DNA from: Olavius algarvensis Gamma 3 endosymbiont
GTDB lineage: Bacteria; Pseudomonadota; Gammaproteobacteria; GCA-001735895
Direction: 5' to 3'
DNA: 32,326 nucleotides
NCBI GenBank assembly: GCA_001735895.1
Contig: DS021198.1
Coordinates: 1,406,045 to 1,438,370 of the forward strand
The stretch's first letter is position 1. Each line of letters opens with the position of its first letter. The position numbers were made by a program, and so were the translations under genes. Shown here in pieces: positions 7,270-17,104 of the stretch. Under the pieces are notes generated by a model, which saw only the letters and a list, made by a program, of their open reading frames with translations, did not search any database and was not told the DNA's origin.

Positions 7270-8367
7270 ATGAAGTTGAACTCGACCCAGGAAATCATTG
7301 ACGATATCAAAGCCGGAAAAATGGTGGTGATCATGGACGATGAAGACCGGGAGAACGAAGGCGATATTTTAATGGCCGCGGCGGCGGTTACCGCCGATAA
7401 CATCAATTTCATGGCCAAGTACGGACGCGGACTGATTTGCTTGACGCTGTCGGAACAACGCTGCAAACAATTGCGCCTGCCACTGATGGTGGGAGATAAC
7501 CGCGCCGCTATGGAAACCAATTTCACGGTTTCGATCGAGGCCGCCGTCGGGGTTACCACCGGGATTTCGGCGGCCGATCGCGCCGCTACTATTCAAGCCG
7601 CGATCGATGCCGATGCGACCCCGGAAAGCGTCGTGCAACCGGGGCATATATTTCCGGTGATGGCGCGTAAGGGCGGCGTTTTGTTTCGCGCCGGCCATAC
7701 CGAGGCGGGTTGCGATCTGGCCCGGCTGGCCGGTTTCGAGCCGGCAGCCGTCATTGTCGAAATACTGAATGACGACGGCTCGATGGCGCGACGCAAGGAT
7801 TTGGAAAAGTTCGCGATGAAGCACGATTTGAAAATCGGCACCATCGAGGATTTGATCCGATATCGAATCGAGAACGAACATACGGTTGAACGCATTGTCG
7901 AATCGCGTTTTGCCACCGATTTTGGCGAGTTCAAACTCTATGCCTTCGAGGATAGCATCGCCCAGGAGCTGCACCTGGCGCTGGTTAAGGGTACGATAAA
8001 TCCCGATAAACCGATTCCGGTGCGCGTGCACGTGCAAAATACGCTAACCGATTCTTTGGCGGGCACCCAGGGGCGTGGCTGGCCGCTGCGCGATGTCATG
8101 CAAACCATCGATAGCGCCGGCGAAGGCGTCATCGTATTTCTGCGCCAGGCGGAAACGCCCAAGGACATGGTGCACATGATCGAATCGATGATCCAGGCGC
8201 ATGGCGACGAAGATCATGGAGACGATCAGCGTACCTATGGGATCGGCGCGCAGATCTTGGCCGATCTCGGGGTGCGCAAAATGCGGCTGTTGAGCGCACC
8301 CAAGGTGTTCCACGGTCTGGCCGGCTTCGGACTCGAAGTAGTAGATTATTATTCTGATCAGGAGTAA
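7270..8367 (+). CDS. ribBA: 3,4-dihydroxy-2-butanone-4-phosphate synthase fused to a degenerate GTP cyclohydrolase II-like domain (RibBA / RibBX type)
   Basis: N-terminal domain carries ...[11 protein letters not shown]... (DHBP synthase). The C-terminal domain aligns to GCHII but reads [14 protein letters not shown] where RVHSECLTGE..CDCG is expected, so the zinc-ligand cysteines are absent. Confidence 0.85.
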   Translation: MKLNSTQEIIDDIKAGKMVVIMDDEDRENEGDILMAAAAVTADNINFMAKYGRGLICLTLSEQRCKQLRLPLMVGDNRAAMETNFTVSIEAAVGVTTGISAADRAATIQAAIDADATPESVVQPGHIFPVMARKGGVLFRAGHTEAGCDLARLAGFEPAAVIVEILNDDGSMARRKDLEKFAMKHDLKIGTIEDLIRYRIENEHTVERIVESRFATDFGEFKLYAFEDSIAQELHLALVKGTINPDKPIPVRVHVQNTLTDSLAGTQGRGWPLRDVMQTIDSAGEGVIVFLRQAETPKDMVHMIESMIQAHGDEDHGDDQRTYGIGAQILADLGVRKMRLLSAPKVFHGLAGFGLEVVDYYSDQE

Positions 8368-8371
8368 CACA

Positions 8372-8845
8372 ATGACGGATGCCAACAAAATCGACGGTGA
8401 CTTGACGGTCAAGCAGGCGAAAATCGCCATTGTCGTCGGACGCTTCAACGGTTTTATCGTCGAAAGCCTGCTGAGTGCGGCGCTGGATACGCTGCAGCGG
8501 GCAGGAATCGACGCCGGCGATATCACGGTCAGCCATGTTCCCGGTGCGCTCGAAATTCCACTGGTGGCGCAAACTTACGCCGCCGCCGGTAAACATGACG
8601 CGGTGATTGCGCTGGGCGCGGTAATTCGCGGCTCCACTCCGCATTTCGATATCGTCGCCGGAGAGAGCGCCAAGTCGCTGTCTGCGCTGGCGCTGGCGCA
8701 TTCTTTGCCGGTAGTGAACGCGATTCTGACTACCGACACCATCGAGCAGGCGATTGAACGCGCCGGCACCAAGGCGGGCAACAAGGGAGCCGATGCCGCC
8801 ATGAGCGCGATGGAAATGATCAGCCTGCTGCGCAAGATCAAGTAG
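8372..8845 (+). CDS. ribH: 6,7-dimethyl-8-ribityllumazine synthase
   Basis: 157-aa product ...[24 protein letters not shown]...GALEIPL... is the canonical RibH. Confidence 0.9.
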   Translation: MTDANKIDGDLTVKQAKIAIVVGRFNGFIVESLLSAALDTLQRAGIDAGDITVSHVPGALEIPLVAQTYAAAGKHDAVIALGAVIRGSTPHFDIVAGESAKSLSALALAHSLPVVNAILTTDTIEQAIERAGTKAGNKGADAAMSAMEMISLLRKIK

Positions 8846-8859
8846 GCATTGGTTCCCAC

Positions 8860-9300
8860 GTGAATGACAAGGCGCGATTTATCAAGCAGCGCAAGCATGC
8901 CCGTGACAAGGCCTTGCAGGCGCTGTACCAATGGCAGCTGTCGGGTGAAGATCTCGACTGGATAAGAGACCATTATCTAGAGGAGCAGGGGGTGTCTTCG
9001 GGCGACGAAGAATATTTTCTCGAATTACTATACCGGATTCCTCCTAGCGCCGTCGCCCTCGACGCGAAGTTTCGCAAGTATGTCACCAATTTTGAAGATC
9101 ATCTGGACCCTATAGAAACCAATATTTTACGTATTGCAACCCACGAGTTGGAGCATCATCCTGAGATTCCCTACAAGGTAGTGATCAACGAAGCGATCAA
9201 ACTCGCTAAAACCTATGGCGCCGAAGATAGCCATAAGTTTGTCAACGGGGTGCTCGATCCACTGTGTCGGGAGTTGCGCGAAATCGAAGCGGCCAGGTAA
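8860..9300 (+). CDS. nusB: transcription antitermination factor NusB
   Basis: 146-aa product ...ARDKALQALYQWQLSGE... matches the NusB family, in conserved ribH-nusB synteny. Confidence 0.9.
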   Translation: MNDKARFIKQRKHARDKALQALYQWQLSGEDLDWIRDHYLEEQGVSSGDEEYFLELLYRIPPSAVALDAKFRKYVTNFEDHLDPIETNILRIATHELEHHPEIPYKVVINEAIKLAKTYGAEDSHKFVNGVLDPLCRELREIEAAR

Positions 9301-9320
9301 ACGGCGCGCCGGAGACAACG

Positions 9321-10274
9321 ATGGCGAACGAGTTTGCGATCATCGAACAGTATTTTAAGGCTATCGGCGATCCTGCTAGCGGCACCGTCCTCGGAATTGG
9401 CGATGATGCCGCGGTAGTCGAAGTGCCCACCGGTCAGCAACTGGTGATCAGTATGGATACCTTGATCGCTGGAATTCATTTCCCGCAGTCCACCGCTCCG
9501 GCCGACATCGCTTACAAGGCGCTGGCGGTTAATCTCAGCGATCTGGCGGCGATGGGCGCCAACCCCGCCTGGTTTTTAATGTCGTTGAGCCTGGAGCACG
9601 ACGACTCGCAATGGTTGACGCAATTTGCGGCTGGCTTGAAATGGGTTGCGGATAACTACGGTCTGCAGTTGATCGGTGGGGATACCTGCCGCGGTAAGCT
9701 TGCCATCAGCATCCAGATCGCGGGTTACGTGCCCAGTGGCCGGTATGTTACGCGCCAGGGTGCAGCCGTAGGGGACATCATTCTGGTTTCGGGGGAACTC
9801 GGTAACGCGGCGTTGGGATTGGCGCAGATCGAGGGAAAACTGGAGCTTGAACCGACGCTACTGGCGAAAAGTGAGGCCGCATTGAATCGACCGCAGCCGC
9901 GGCTCGAGCTGGTCTTTTTCCTACGCGAATTTGCCAGTTCGGCAATCGATATATCCGACGGACTGGTGGCCGACCTCAGGCATATACTCGACGCCAGCGG
10001 CTGTGGCGCCGTAATCGAAAAGGCCGCGTTACCGGTAGACGTCTGGATTGAACGGCAGGGGCTCTATGAGTACGCGCTCGAAGCCGGCGACGATTATGAA
10101 ATCTGCTGCACCCTGGCGCCCGGTTTCCAGGCCGAGGTCGAGCGCTGGAATAGTTTGCATCCGCAAACCCGGTTGACGCCCATCGGTAAAATAACGGAGT
10201 CCGGATACCAGCTACTCGACGGTGAACATTCGATCGATCTGAGTCGACGCCAAGGGTATCGGCACTTTGACTAG
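9321..10274 (+). CDS. thiL: thiamine-monophosphate kinase
   Basis: MANEFAIIEQYF...GDDAAVV... with a GGAGA RBS upstream of the ATG at 9321. The longer ORF from 9264 overlaps nusB and is less likely. Confidence 0.85.
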   Translation: MANEFAIIEQYFKAIGDPASGTVLGIGDDAAVVEVPTGQQLVISMDTLIAGIHFPQSTAPADIAYKALAVNLSDLAAMGANPAWFLMSLSLEHDDSQWLTQFAAGLKWVADNYGLQLIGGDTCRGKLAISIQIAGYVPSGRYVTRQGAAVGDIILVSGELGNAALGLAQIEGKLELEPTLLAKSEAALNRPQPRLELVFFLREFASSAIDISDGLVADLRHILDASGCGAVIEKAALPVDVWIERQGLYEYALEAGDDYEICCTLAPGFQAEVERWNSLHPQTRLTPIGKITESGYQLLDGEHSIDLSRRQGYRHFD

Positions 10275-10743
10275 GATACCGCCCAGACTGCTACTCAACC
10301 CGCTGCATCTATTGTCGTTGGGTTTCGGTTCCGGCCTCGCCCCGGTTGCGCCCGGGACCTTCGGCACTCTGGTCGCGGTGCCTTTTTACCTGTTGTTAGC
10401 CCAGTTGAGTCTGCCCTGGTATCTACTGGCGGTGAACCTTGGGTTCGCTATCGGGGTCTATATATGCCAGTACACCAGCGATGCGCTCGGGGTTCACGAT
10501 CACGGCGGTATCGTCTGGGATGAGTTCGTCGGCTACTGGATTACGATGATCGCGGTACCGTTTGCCTGGCAATGGATACTGCTTGGTTTTGTGCTATTTA
10601 GAGGATTCGATATTGTTAAACCCTGGCCGGTTAAAATTGCGGATAAAAAAATTAAAGGCGGTTTCGGAATCATGCTCGACGATGTACTGGCGGGGTTGTA
10701 CGCTCTGGCCTGCATGCATCTGGTGCTGTGGTCGGTGAGCTAG
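10267..10743 (+). CDS. pgpA: phosphatidylglycerophosphatase A
   Basis: ...LLSLGFGSGLAPVAPGTFGTLVAVPFY... matches PgpA (E. coli ...LLAVGFGSGLSPIVPGTMGSLAAIPF). The TTG start overlapping the thiL end is uncertain. Confidence 0.8.
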   Translation: MTRIPPRLLLNPLHLLSLGFGSGLAPVAPGTFGTLVAVPFYLLLAQLSLPWYLLAVNLGFAIGVYICQYTSDALGVHDHGGIVWDEFVGYWITMIAVPFAWQWILLGFVLFRGFDIVKPWPVKIADKKIKGGFGIMLDDVLAGLYALACMHLVLWSVS

Positions 10744-11388
10744 ATGCTGCCGCGTCTGAAACTGTTGCTAATGTTATTGAGTCTGTGGTCGGGGGTAACG
10801 CTGGCGGCCGACACTGGCGTTAGGGTGATAGCGCTGTTCGCCAACAAGGCGCTACTGCAGATCGGCAACAAGCAGAAAATAGTTAGAACGGGCGAAACCT
10901 TCGAAGGCGTGCTGCTGCAAGCGGCTTCGGGACGCGGTGCAGTGGTCGTTATCGACGGCAAGCCGGTGAAACTGGGATTGAATCAATCGATTGCCGGAAA
11001 TTTCAAGAAACCGGAACGCAGCAGCCTGAAGATCTACCCCGATTCAATCGGGATGTATTTTGTCAATGGTACGATCAACGGCCAGCGCACACGATTTCTG
11101 GTTGACACCGGCGCCACCTTCGTGACTCTTAGCGGTAACAAGGCCAAGCAGCTTAACATCGATTTTCGCAAAGGTGTCCCCAATACCGTGCAAACTGCGT
11201 CTGCGCTGGTGCAGGCCTGGACCGTCAAGCTCGATGCCGTCCGTGTCGGCGGCATTCGCGTAAGCAATGTCAACGCCACCGTAATCGCCGGTGCGCAGCC
11301 CGCTGAAGTTCTGCTCGGCAACTCTTTTCTGGAACACACCCATATGCAGAAAGCAGGCTCGGTGCTGGAACTGAAGAAACGGTTTTGA
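10744..11388 (+). CDS. secreted retropepsin-like (clan AA) aspartic protease family protein
   Basis: Signal peptide (MLPRLKLLLMLLSLWSGVTLA) and DTGAT active-site motif (...FLVDTGATFVTLS...). The ATG immediately follows the pgpA stop (TAGATG). Confidence 0.7.
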   Translation: MLPRLKLLLMLLSLWSGVTLAADTGVRVIALFANKALLQIGNKQKIVRTGETFEGVLLQAASGRGAVVVIDGKPVKLGLNQSIAGNFKKPERSSLKIYPDSIGMYFVNGTINGQRTRFLVDTGATFVTLSGNKAKQLNIDFRKGVPNTVQTASALVQAWTVKLDAVRVGGIRVSNVNATVIAGAQPAEVLLGNSFLEHTHMQKAGSVLELKKRF

Positions 11389-11461
11389 AAGCCAAAATAG
11401 TCGGACCTGACGGCCAATATTCCGTTAAAATACCGCGCTTCTCAATGCTAGCCCGACCTTA

Positions 11462-12871
11462 ATGATTAAAACCCGATTTGCTCCGAGCCCAACCGGCGTT
11501 TTGCACCTAGGCGGTGCCAGAACGGCGCTGTTTTGTTGGCTTTACACCAAAAAAATGAATGGCAGCTTCGTGCTGCGAATCGAAGATACCGACCTCGAGC
11601 GATCGACTCCCGAGTCGGTAGATGCGATTCTGGATGGCATGTCCTGGCTGGGCCTCGATTACGATGAAGGGCCTTATTACCAAACCAAACGTTTCGATCG
11701 CTATCATGAAATCATCGATCAATTGATCGAACAGGGCGATGCCTATTACTGTGAGTGTTCGAAACAGCGCCTGGAGACGTTGCGTGAAAGCCAGATGGCG
11801 GCGAAACAGAAGCCTCGCTATGACGGTTGTTGCCGCGATCTGGGCTTGCAACCCGATCCTGCGAAAACCGGGGTGGTACGCTTCAGAAATCCCGCGCAGG
11901 GTGTCGTCAGTTTTAACGATCACGTAAAAGGACGGATCGACGTCAATAATTCCGAACTCGACGACTTGATCATTAAACGCAGCGACGGCAGTCCTACCTA
12001 TAATCTCTCGGTCGTGGTTGATGACATGGATATGAACATTAGCCATGTGTTGCGCGGCGACGACCATGTCAACAATACGCCGCGGCAGATCAACATTCTG
12101 CGTGCGCTAAAGGCACCGGTTCCCGAATATGCGCATGTGCCGATGATTCTCGGCGACGACGGCAAGCGTCTTTCGAAACGCCACGGCGCCGTCGGCGTGA
12201 TGGAGTATTTTGAAGCCGGTTATTTACCGCAGGCCTTGCTGAACTATCTAGTAAGGCTGGGTTGGTCCCATGGCGACCAGGAAATTTTCAGCCTGCAGGA
12301 AATGATCGATTTGTTTTCGCTGGATGCGCTCAACCGGGCGCCTTCGTCTTTTAACACCGAGAAACTGAACTGGATTAACCAGCAGTATCTGATGAGCCTG
12401 CCGCTGGCTGAGATAGTGGCGCTGGTCAGGCAGCGGCTGGAGCGCTTGGAACTCGATCATGACCCTGATTTCGATCTGGCGACGATCGTGGATTTGTATC
12501 GGCAACGGGTAGTGACGATCAATGAGCTGGTGGACAGTATCGGTTATTGTTTCCAGGAATTTGAGCACTATGACGACAAAGCCGCCAACAAAGTGTTGAA
12601 AGCACCGGCCCTGGAACCGTTGCAGCGCGCGCTCCGGCTATTTTCAGGGCTGGAAAGCTGGGATGCGGCATCGATACATGCCGTAATCGAAACGATTACC
12701 GAGGAACTCGAAGTGGGCATGGGCAAGGTCGGACAACCCTTGAGGGTCGCGGTTACCGGCGGTTCGTTTTCGCCGCCGATCGATCAAACCATCGAGCTGC
12801 TCGGTAAGCCGCGCAGCATCGCTCGGATTCAGCGTGCGATCGACTATATTTCTGCCAGTAGCCCATCCTGA
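11462..12871 (+). CDS. gltX: glutamate--tRNA ligase
   Basis: MIKTRFAPSPTGVLHLGGARTALF... (HIGH motif) ...KLSKR (KMSKS-like). Canonical class I GluRS. Confidence 0.92.
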   Translation: MIKTRFAPSPTGVLHLGGARTALFCWLYTKKMNGSFVLRIEDTDLERSTPESVDAILDGMSWLGLDYDEGPYYQTKRFDRYHEIIDQLIEQGDAYYCECSKQRLETLRESQMAAKQKPRYDGCCRDLGLQPDPAKTGVVRFRNPAQGVVSFNDHVKGRIDVNNSELDDLIIKRSDGSPTYNLSVVVDDMDMNISHVLRGDDHVNNTPRQINILRALKAPVPEYAHVPMILGDDGKRLSKRHGAVGVMEYFEAGYLPQALLNYLVRLGWSHGDQEIFSLQEMIDLFSLDALNRAPSSFNTEKLNWINQQYLMSLPLAEIVALVRQRLERLELDHDPDFDLATIVDLYRQRVVTINELVDSIGYCFQEFEHYDDKAANKVLKAPALEPLQRALRLFSGLESWDAASIHAVIETITEELEVGMGKVGQPLRVAVTGGSFSPPIDQTIELLGKPRSIARIQRAIDYISASSPS

Positions 12872-13014
12872 TTCTTTATATTACTCGTCAACATGCTATA
12901 TACATTAAAGCAAGAGCTGTATCGGCATGATAGATTCGGCCCCCGACCAAACGAGGCTTAAACAGGGACCGAAATGAATACGGCTTCCATTAGGGAACAG
13001 CTCAGACAGCAAGC

Positions 13015-13896
13015 ATGAAGAAAAGTAATTCAGTGTCCCGAGAAACGATCAATTGCGTGGTAATGTTTGCCGATGTGGCCGGCAGCACGGCCATGTACGA
13101 GAACATGGGCGACGATCTGGCGAGGGAACGTATCTCCAAGGCGTTGAACGCGCTGATTTCAATATCACGACGTCACAGCGGCAAGTTGGTAAAGACCATC
13201 GGTGACGAAATTCTGGTTTATTTTACCGATATCGATATGGCGGTGTTCGCCGCACAGGCGATTCAGGAAACCATGGAAGACGATCGTTCTCCCGAAACCA
13301 TCGGCGTATCGATCAGAATCGGTATGCAATTTGGCAGTGCCATCCTCGAGAACGACGATATATTCGGCGATACGGTAAATGTCGCGGCGCGTGTCGCGAG
13401 CATGGCCAAGGCGCGGCAGATTCTCTGCACCCAGGAAATCGCGTTTTTGGTGAAGAATGCGGATCTGTCCAATAGCATGCGCCCCTACGACCGTCTGCGC
13501 GTCAAGGGACGTAACGAGCAACTCGATGTTTACCTGTTTGCCTGGGAGCAGGAAGGCGACATTACCAACATGGCGACCGCCAGCAGTTTTACCAACCCGG
13601 CCCGTCACCAGCAAGTCAAGAGCCTGACTCTCAATTACGAGGGCGAACCCCACGAAATTTCGAATGAAACGACTTCTTACGTCCTCGGCCGGGACCGGGA
13701 CTGCGAGCTGTTAATCAAAGGTGACCTGATTTCTCGCTACCACTCCAAGATCGAGCATCGGCGGGGTAAGTTCATCATTACCGACCAGAGCACAAACGGC
13801 ACCTTCGTGCGCACCTCCGAAGGACAGACGTTTACCTGCGTCGCGAAGAGTTCACACTATTTGGCTCGGGATATATCAGCCTGGGTAAAAAAGTAG
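13015..13896 (+). CDS. class III adenylate/guanylate cyclase catalytic domain fused to a C-terminal FHA domain
   Basis: Cyclase motifs: VMFADVAGST (metal Asp), ...KTIGDEIL (second Asp, Lys), FGDTVNVAARV (Asn/Arg). The C-terminus ...YVLGRDRDCELLIKGDLISRYHSKIEHRRGKFIITDQSTNGTFV matches the FHA signature (GR..D..L....SR.H..I......I.D.STNGTFV). Confidence 0.75.
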   Translation: MKKSNSVSRETINCVVMFADVAGSTAMYENMGDDLARERISKALNALISISRRHSGKLVKTIGDEILVYFTDIDMAVFAAQAIQETMEDDRSPETIGVSIRIGMQFGSAILENDDIFGDTVNVAARVASMAKARQILCTQEIAFLVKNADLSNSMRPYDRLRVKGRNEQLDVYLFAWEQEGDITNMATASSFTNPARHQQVKSLTLNYEGEPHEISNETTSYVLGRDRDCELLIKGDLISRYHSKIEHRRGKFIITDQSTNGTFVRTSEGQTFTCVAKSSHYLARDISAWVKK

Positions 13897-13976
13897 ATTT
13901 GAACGATGCAAATGTAATTCAATTTCTATGTGAATAACGCGATATAATCCCGGCGACCATTCGTCGGAGATGCATC

Positions 13977-16596
13977 ATGTCGCCTGGAAGTAATAGTTTT
14001 AACACCCTCGTAACCCTCGAGGTAGACGGCCGGGAATTTCATTATTTCAGCCTCGAGAAACTCGCCGCACAAATTCCCGAAATCGAACGACTGCCTTATT
14101 CGTTGAAGGTATTGCTGGAAAATATTCTGCGCTTCGAACGGGGCGATCAGGATACGGCGGCGGATATCAAGGCCTTTGGCGACTGGGTGCGGGATCGCAG
14201 CTCGCAGCGAGAAATTGCGTTTCGGCCGGCGCGCGTGCTGATGCAGGATTTGACCGGGGTCCCCGCCGTGGTTGACCTGGCGGCGATGCGCGATGCCGCC
14301 GCTGAAGACCCGCAGCGTATCAATCCACAGATACCGATAGATCTGGTAATCGACCATTCCGTCATGGTCGATGAGTTTGCCTCGCCGAATGCCTTTGCCG
14401 CCAACGTCGCGCTGGAGGTCAAGCGCAACGACGAACGCTATCGTTTCCTGAAGTGGGGTGCCGAAACCTTCGATAATTTTCGCGTAGTGCCGCCCGGGAC
14501 CGGTATCTGTCATCAAGTTAACCTCGAATACCTCGCTAAAACGGTTTGGCAACAACAGTTTGACGGTAAGACTTACGCTTTTCCGGATAGCCTGGTGGGG
14601 ACCGATTCACACACCACCATGATCAACGGTCTCGGCGTGCTGGGTTGGGGTGTCGGCGGCATCGAGGCGGAAGCGGGGATGCTCATTTCGCTGCTGATAC
14701 CAGAGGTCGTCGGCTTTCAGTTCACCGGTCAGTTAGCTGAGGGTATTACCGCTACCGACCTGGTGCTGACCGTAACGCAGATGCTGCGTGAGCATGGCGT
14801 GGTCGGCAAGTTTGTCGAATTTTTCGGCGAAGGTTTGGTACAACTGCCTTTAGCCGATCGCGCCACGCTGGCCAACATGGCACCCGAATACGGCGCTACC
14901 TGTGGATTCTTCCCGGTGGACGTGGAGACAATTCGCTACCTGGGTTTGACGGGGCGTGATGCCCAAACCCTGGAACTGGTCGAAGCCTATTGCCGGGCGC
15001 AAGGCATGTGGTATCAGGCCGATACGCCGGATCCGGTTTTCAGCAGCAGCCTCACGCTGGACCTGGCTTCGGTCGAAGCTTCGCTGGCCGGGCCCAAACG
15101 TCCGCAGGATCGCGTGGCCCTGGGGGCTATCAAAGCGGCAACCCAGTCGATTATCGGCAATAAAGATACGCTTGAACGCGGTGCGGATGATGAACTGCAG
15201 CATGGCGATGTCGTCATTGCGGCGGTGACTTCCTGTACCAATACGTCGAATCCCAAGGTTATGATGGCGGCGGGGTTGCTGGCGCGAAACGCGCGCGCGG
15301 CAGGGATTTCTACCAAGCCCTGGGTCAAGACTTCGCTGGCGCCGGGTTCGAAAGTGGTCACCGAATATCTGACGGCTGCCGGTTTGCAACAGGAACTCGA
15401 TGCGATTGGATTCAATCTGGTCGGCTACGGTTGCACCACCTGTATCGGCAATTCAGGGCCCTTACCCGAGGCCATCGAAAAACAGATTCGAGAGCGCGAT
15501 CTCACCGTTGCCAGCGTACTCTCCGGAAACCGTAATTTCGAAGGCCGCATCCATCAGCACGTCCGGGCAAACTGGCTGGCCTCTCCGCCGCTGGTGGTCG
15601 CCTATGCGCTCGCAGGCAGTACCCGTATCGATTTGACTTCCGAGCCGATAGGCGAATCCAGCGATGGCAAAGCCGTGTATCTGCGGGATATCTGGCCGAG
15701 TAACCAGGCGATCGCCGACGAAGTTTTGAAAGTCAATCAGGCGATGTTCAAGCAACAGTACGCGGATGTGTTCTCCGGCGACGACAATTGGCGCGCAATT
15801 GACGTTGAGCGAAGTATGACCTACCGCTGGGATGACGATTCGACCTATATTCGCAACCCGCCTTACTTCAGTCTCGATAATAGCAATCAACTACAACCGG
15901 TGGTGGGGGCGAGAATCCTGGCGCTTTTCGGCGACTCGATTACCACCGACCACATATCGCCGGCCGGCGCCATTGCCGTAGACAGTCCCGCTGGCAAATA
16001 TCTGCTGGAAAAAGGCGTCGATCGAAGCAGCTTCAACTCCTATGGCTCACGCCGCGGCAATCACGAATTGATGATGCGCGGCACCTTCGCCAATATTCGG
16101 ATTCGTAACGAAATGACTCCGGATGTCGAAGGTGGCGTCACCTGTTTCATGCCCGGCGGGGAAGTCATGAGTATTTATGACGCGGCGATGAAATATCGAC
16201 AAACGGACACCCCGCTGGTAGTGATCGCCGGCAGGAGTACGGCACGGGGTCAGCCGGGACTGGGCCGCCAAAGGGACGCGATTACTGGGTGTCAGGGCGG
16301 TGGTTGCCGAGAGCTTCGAGCGTATTCATCGTTCCAATCTGATCGGTATGGGGGTATTGCCGCTGCAATTCATCGACGGCTTCGATCGCAAGCGGTTGCG
16401 CTTAAGCGGTGCCGAAAAGATTACCATTTCAGGTATGCAGCAAGGTTTGCAGCCGGGACAAAAACTGGAACTTTCGATTACCGACGAGAGCGGCAGCGTA
16501 CTGGCGGTGGACGTAATGTGTCGCATAGATACGCGGGACGAGGTGGCATACTACGAAGCCGGCGGCATATTGCAGTATGTGCTCGATAAGGAATAG
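13977..16596 (+). pseudogene. acnA: aconitate hydratase A, reading frame broken by two nearby 1-nt deletions (genuine pseudogene or sequencing/assembly error)
   Basis: The 870-aa ORF matches AcnA up to ...PLVVIAG, then goes out of frame. The expected KEYGTGS is encoded in frame +1 from 16231 and [38 protein letters not shown]... in frame +2 from about 16252 through the stop at 16596. This is consistent with a missing A in ggcAagg and another in tcaAgcc. Confidence 0.8.
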
Positions 16597-16608
16597 CCGA
16601 GACTAACC

Positions 16609-16908
16609 GTGCTGATAACTTTTAAGAGCAAGGCTTATGCAAACATCACCATGTTTGGCGATGTCGCGAAATCGATGCTGGAAATGATGGCGCTCGGCAC
16701 CTCGGTGCCGGGCGCAATCGACGCCGAGGATGTGACCACGGCGCTGGAAAATCTCAATCTGGCGCTGGACAAGATACCGCGGCAGGTCGAACCGGCCGGC
16801 GAGGCCGATGCCGATCAACCGGCAGTCAGTCTGCATACCCGCGCGCTACCCTTGATCGAGTTATTGCAAGCCGCGATCGCCGAGGAAACCTTTGTACGCT
16901 GGGAGTAG
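16609..16908 (+). CDS. small conserved hypothetical protein (DUF1840-like, recognised by eye only)
   Basis: 99-aa product MLITFKSKAYANITMFGDVAKSMLEMM... resembles the DUF1840 family N-terminus. Starts 12 nt after acnA. Confidence 0.55.
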   Translation: MLITFKSKAYANITMFGDVAKSMLEMMALGTSVPGAIDAEDVTTALENLNLALDKIPRQVEPAGEADADQPAVSLHTRALPLIELLQAAIAEETFVRWE

Positions 16909-17042
16909 CGTCACGGTTTGGTTCGCGATATAGCAGCCTTGGAGAAATAAAAGGCCGACACCGGTTTCGAGGTCAACCCGGGGCAGTCTTTCTGGGTAAT
17001 GACGACGGAGGCATTTTGGCCGAAAATGAAATTTGGTCACGG

Positions 17043-17066
17043 CTGTTACCGGTACCGGTAACAGCG
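17043..17066. repeat. 24-bp perfect palindrome GCTGTTACCGGTACCGGTAACAGC between convergent genes
   Basis: Exact self-complementarity read directly from the sequence. It lies between the DUF1840-like gene (end 16908) and the HDAC gene (end 17105). Confidence 0.6.
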
Positions 17067-17104
17067 CTGACCTTGCAAGCACCAGAGACGTTAGTTCGGC
17101 GCTG

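Noticed and set aside
9264-9320. Longer thiL start at 9264 overlapping nusB
   Set aside because: The ThiL family N-terminus aligns with MANEFAIIEQYF at 9321, which has a GGAGA RBS. The extension is low-complexity.
12872-13014. tRNA genes after gltX (a common arrangement)
   Set aside because: No cloverleaf-compatible sequence and no GTTCGAATC-type T-loop. The region is an AT-rich promoter-like spacer.
13015-13896. Pycsar/CBASS-like cyclic-nucleotide defence system (cyclase gene)
   Set aside because: No adjacent effector (TIR, TM or nuclease) gene. The gene lies between housekeeping gltX and acnA, so it is more consistent with a signalling cyclase.
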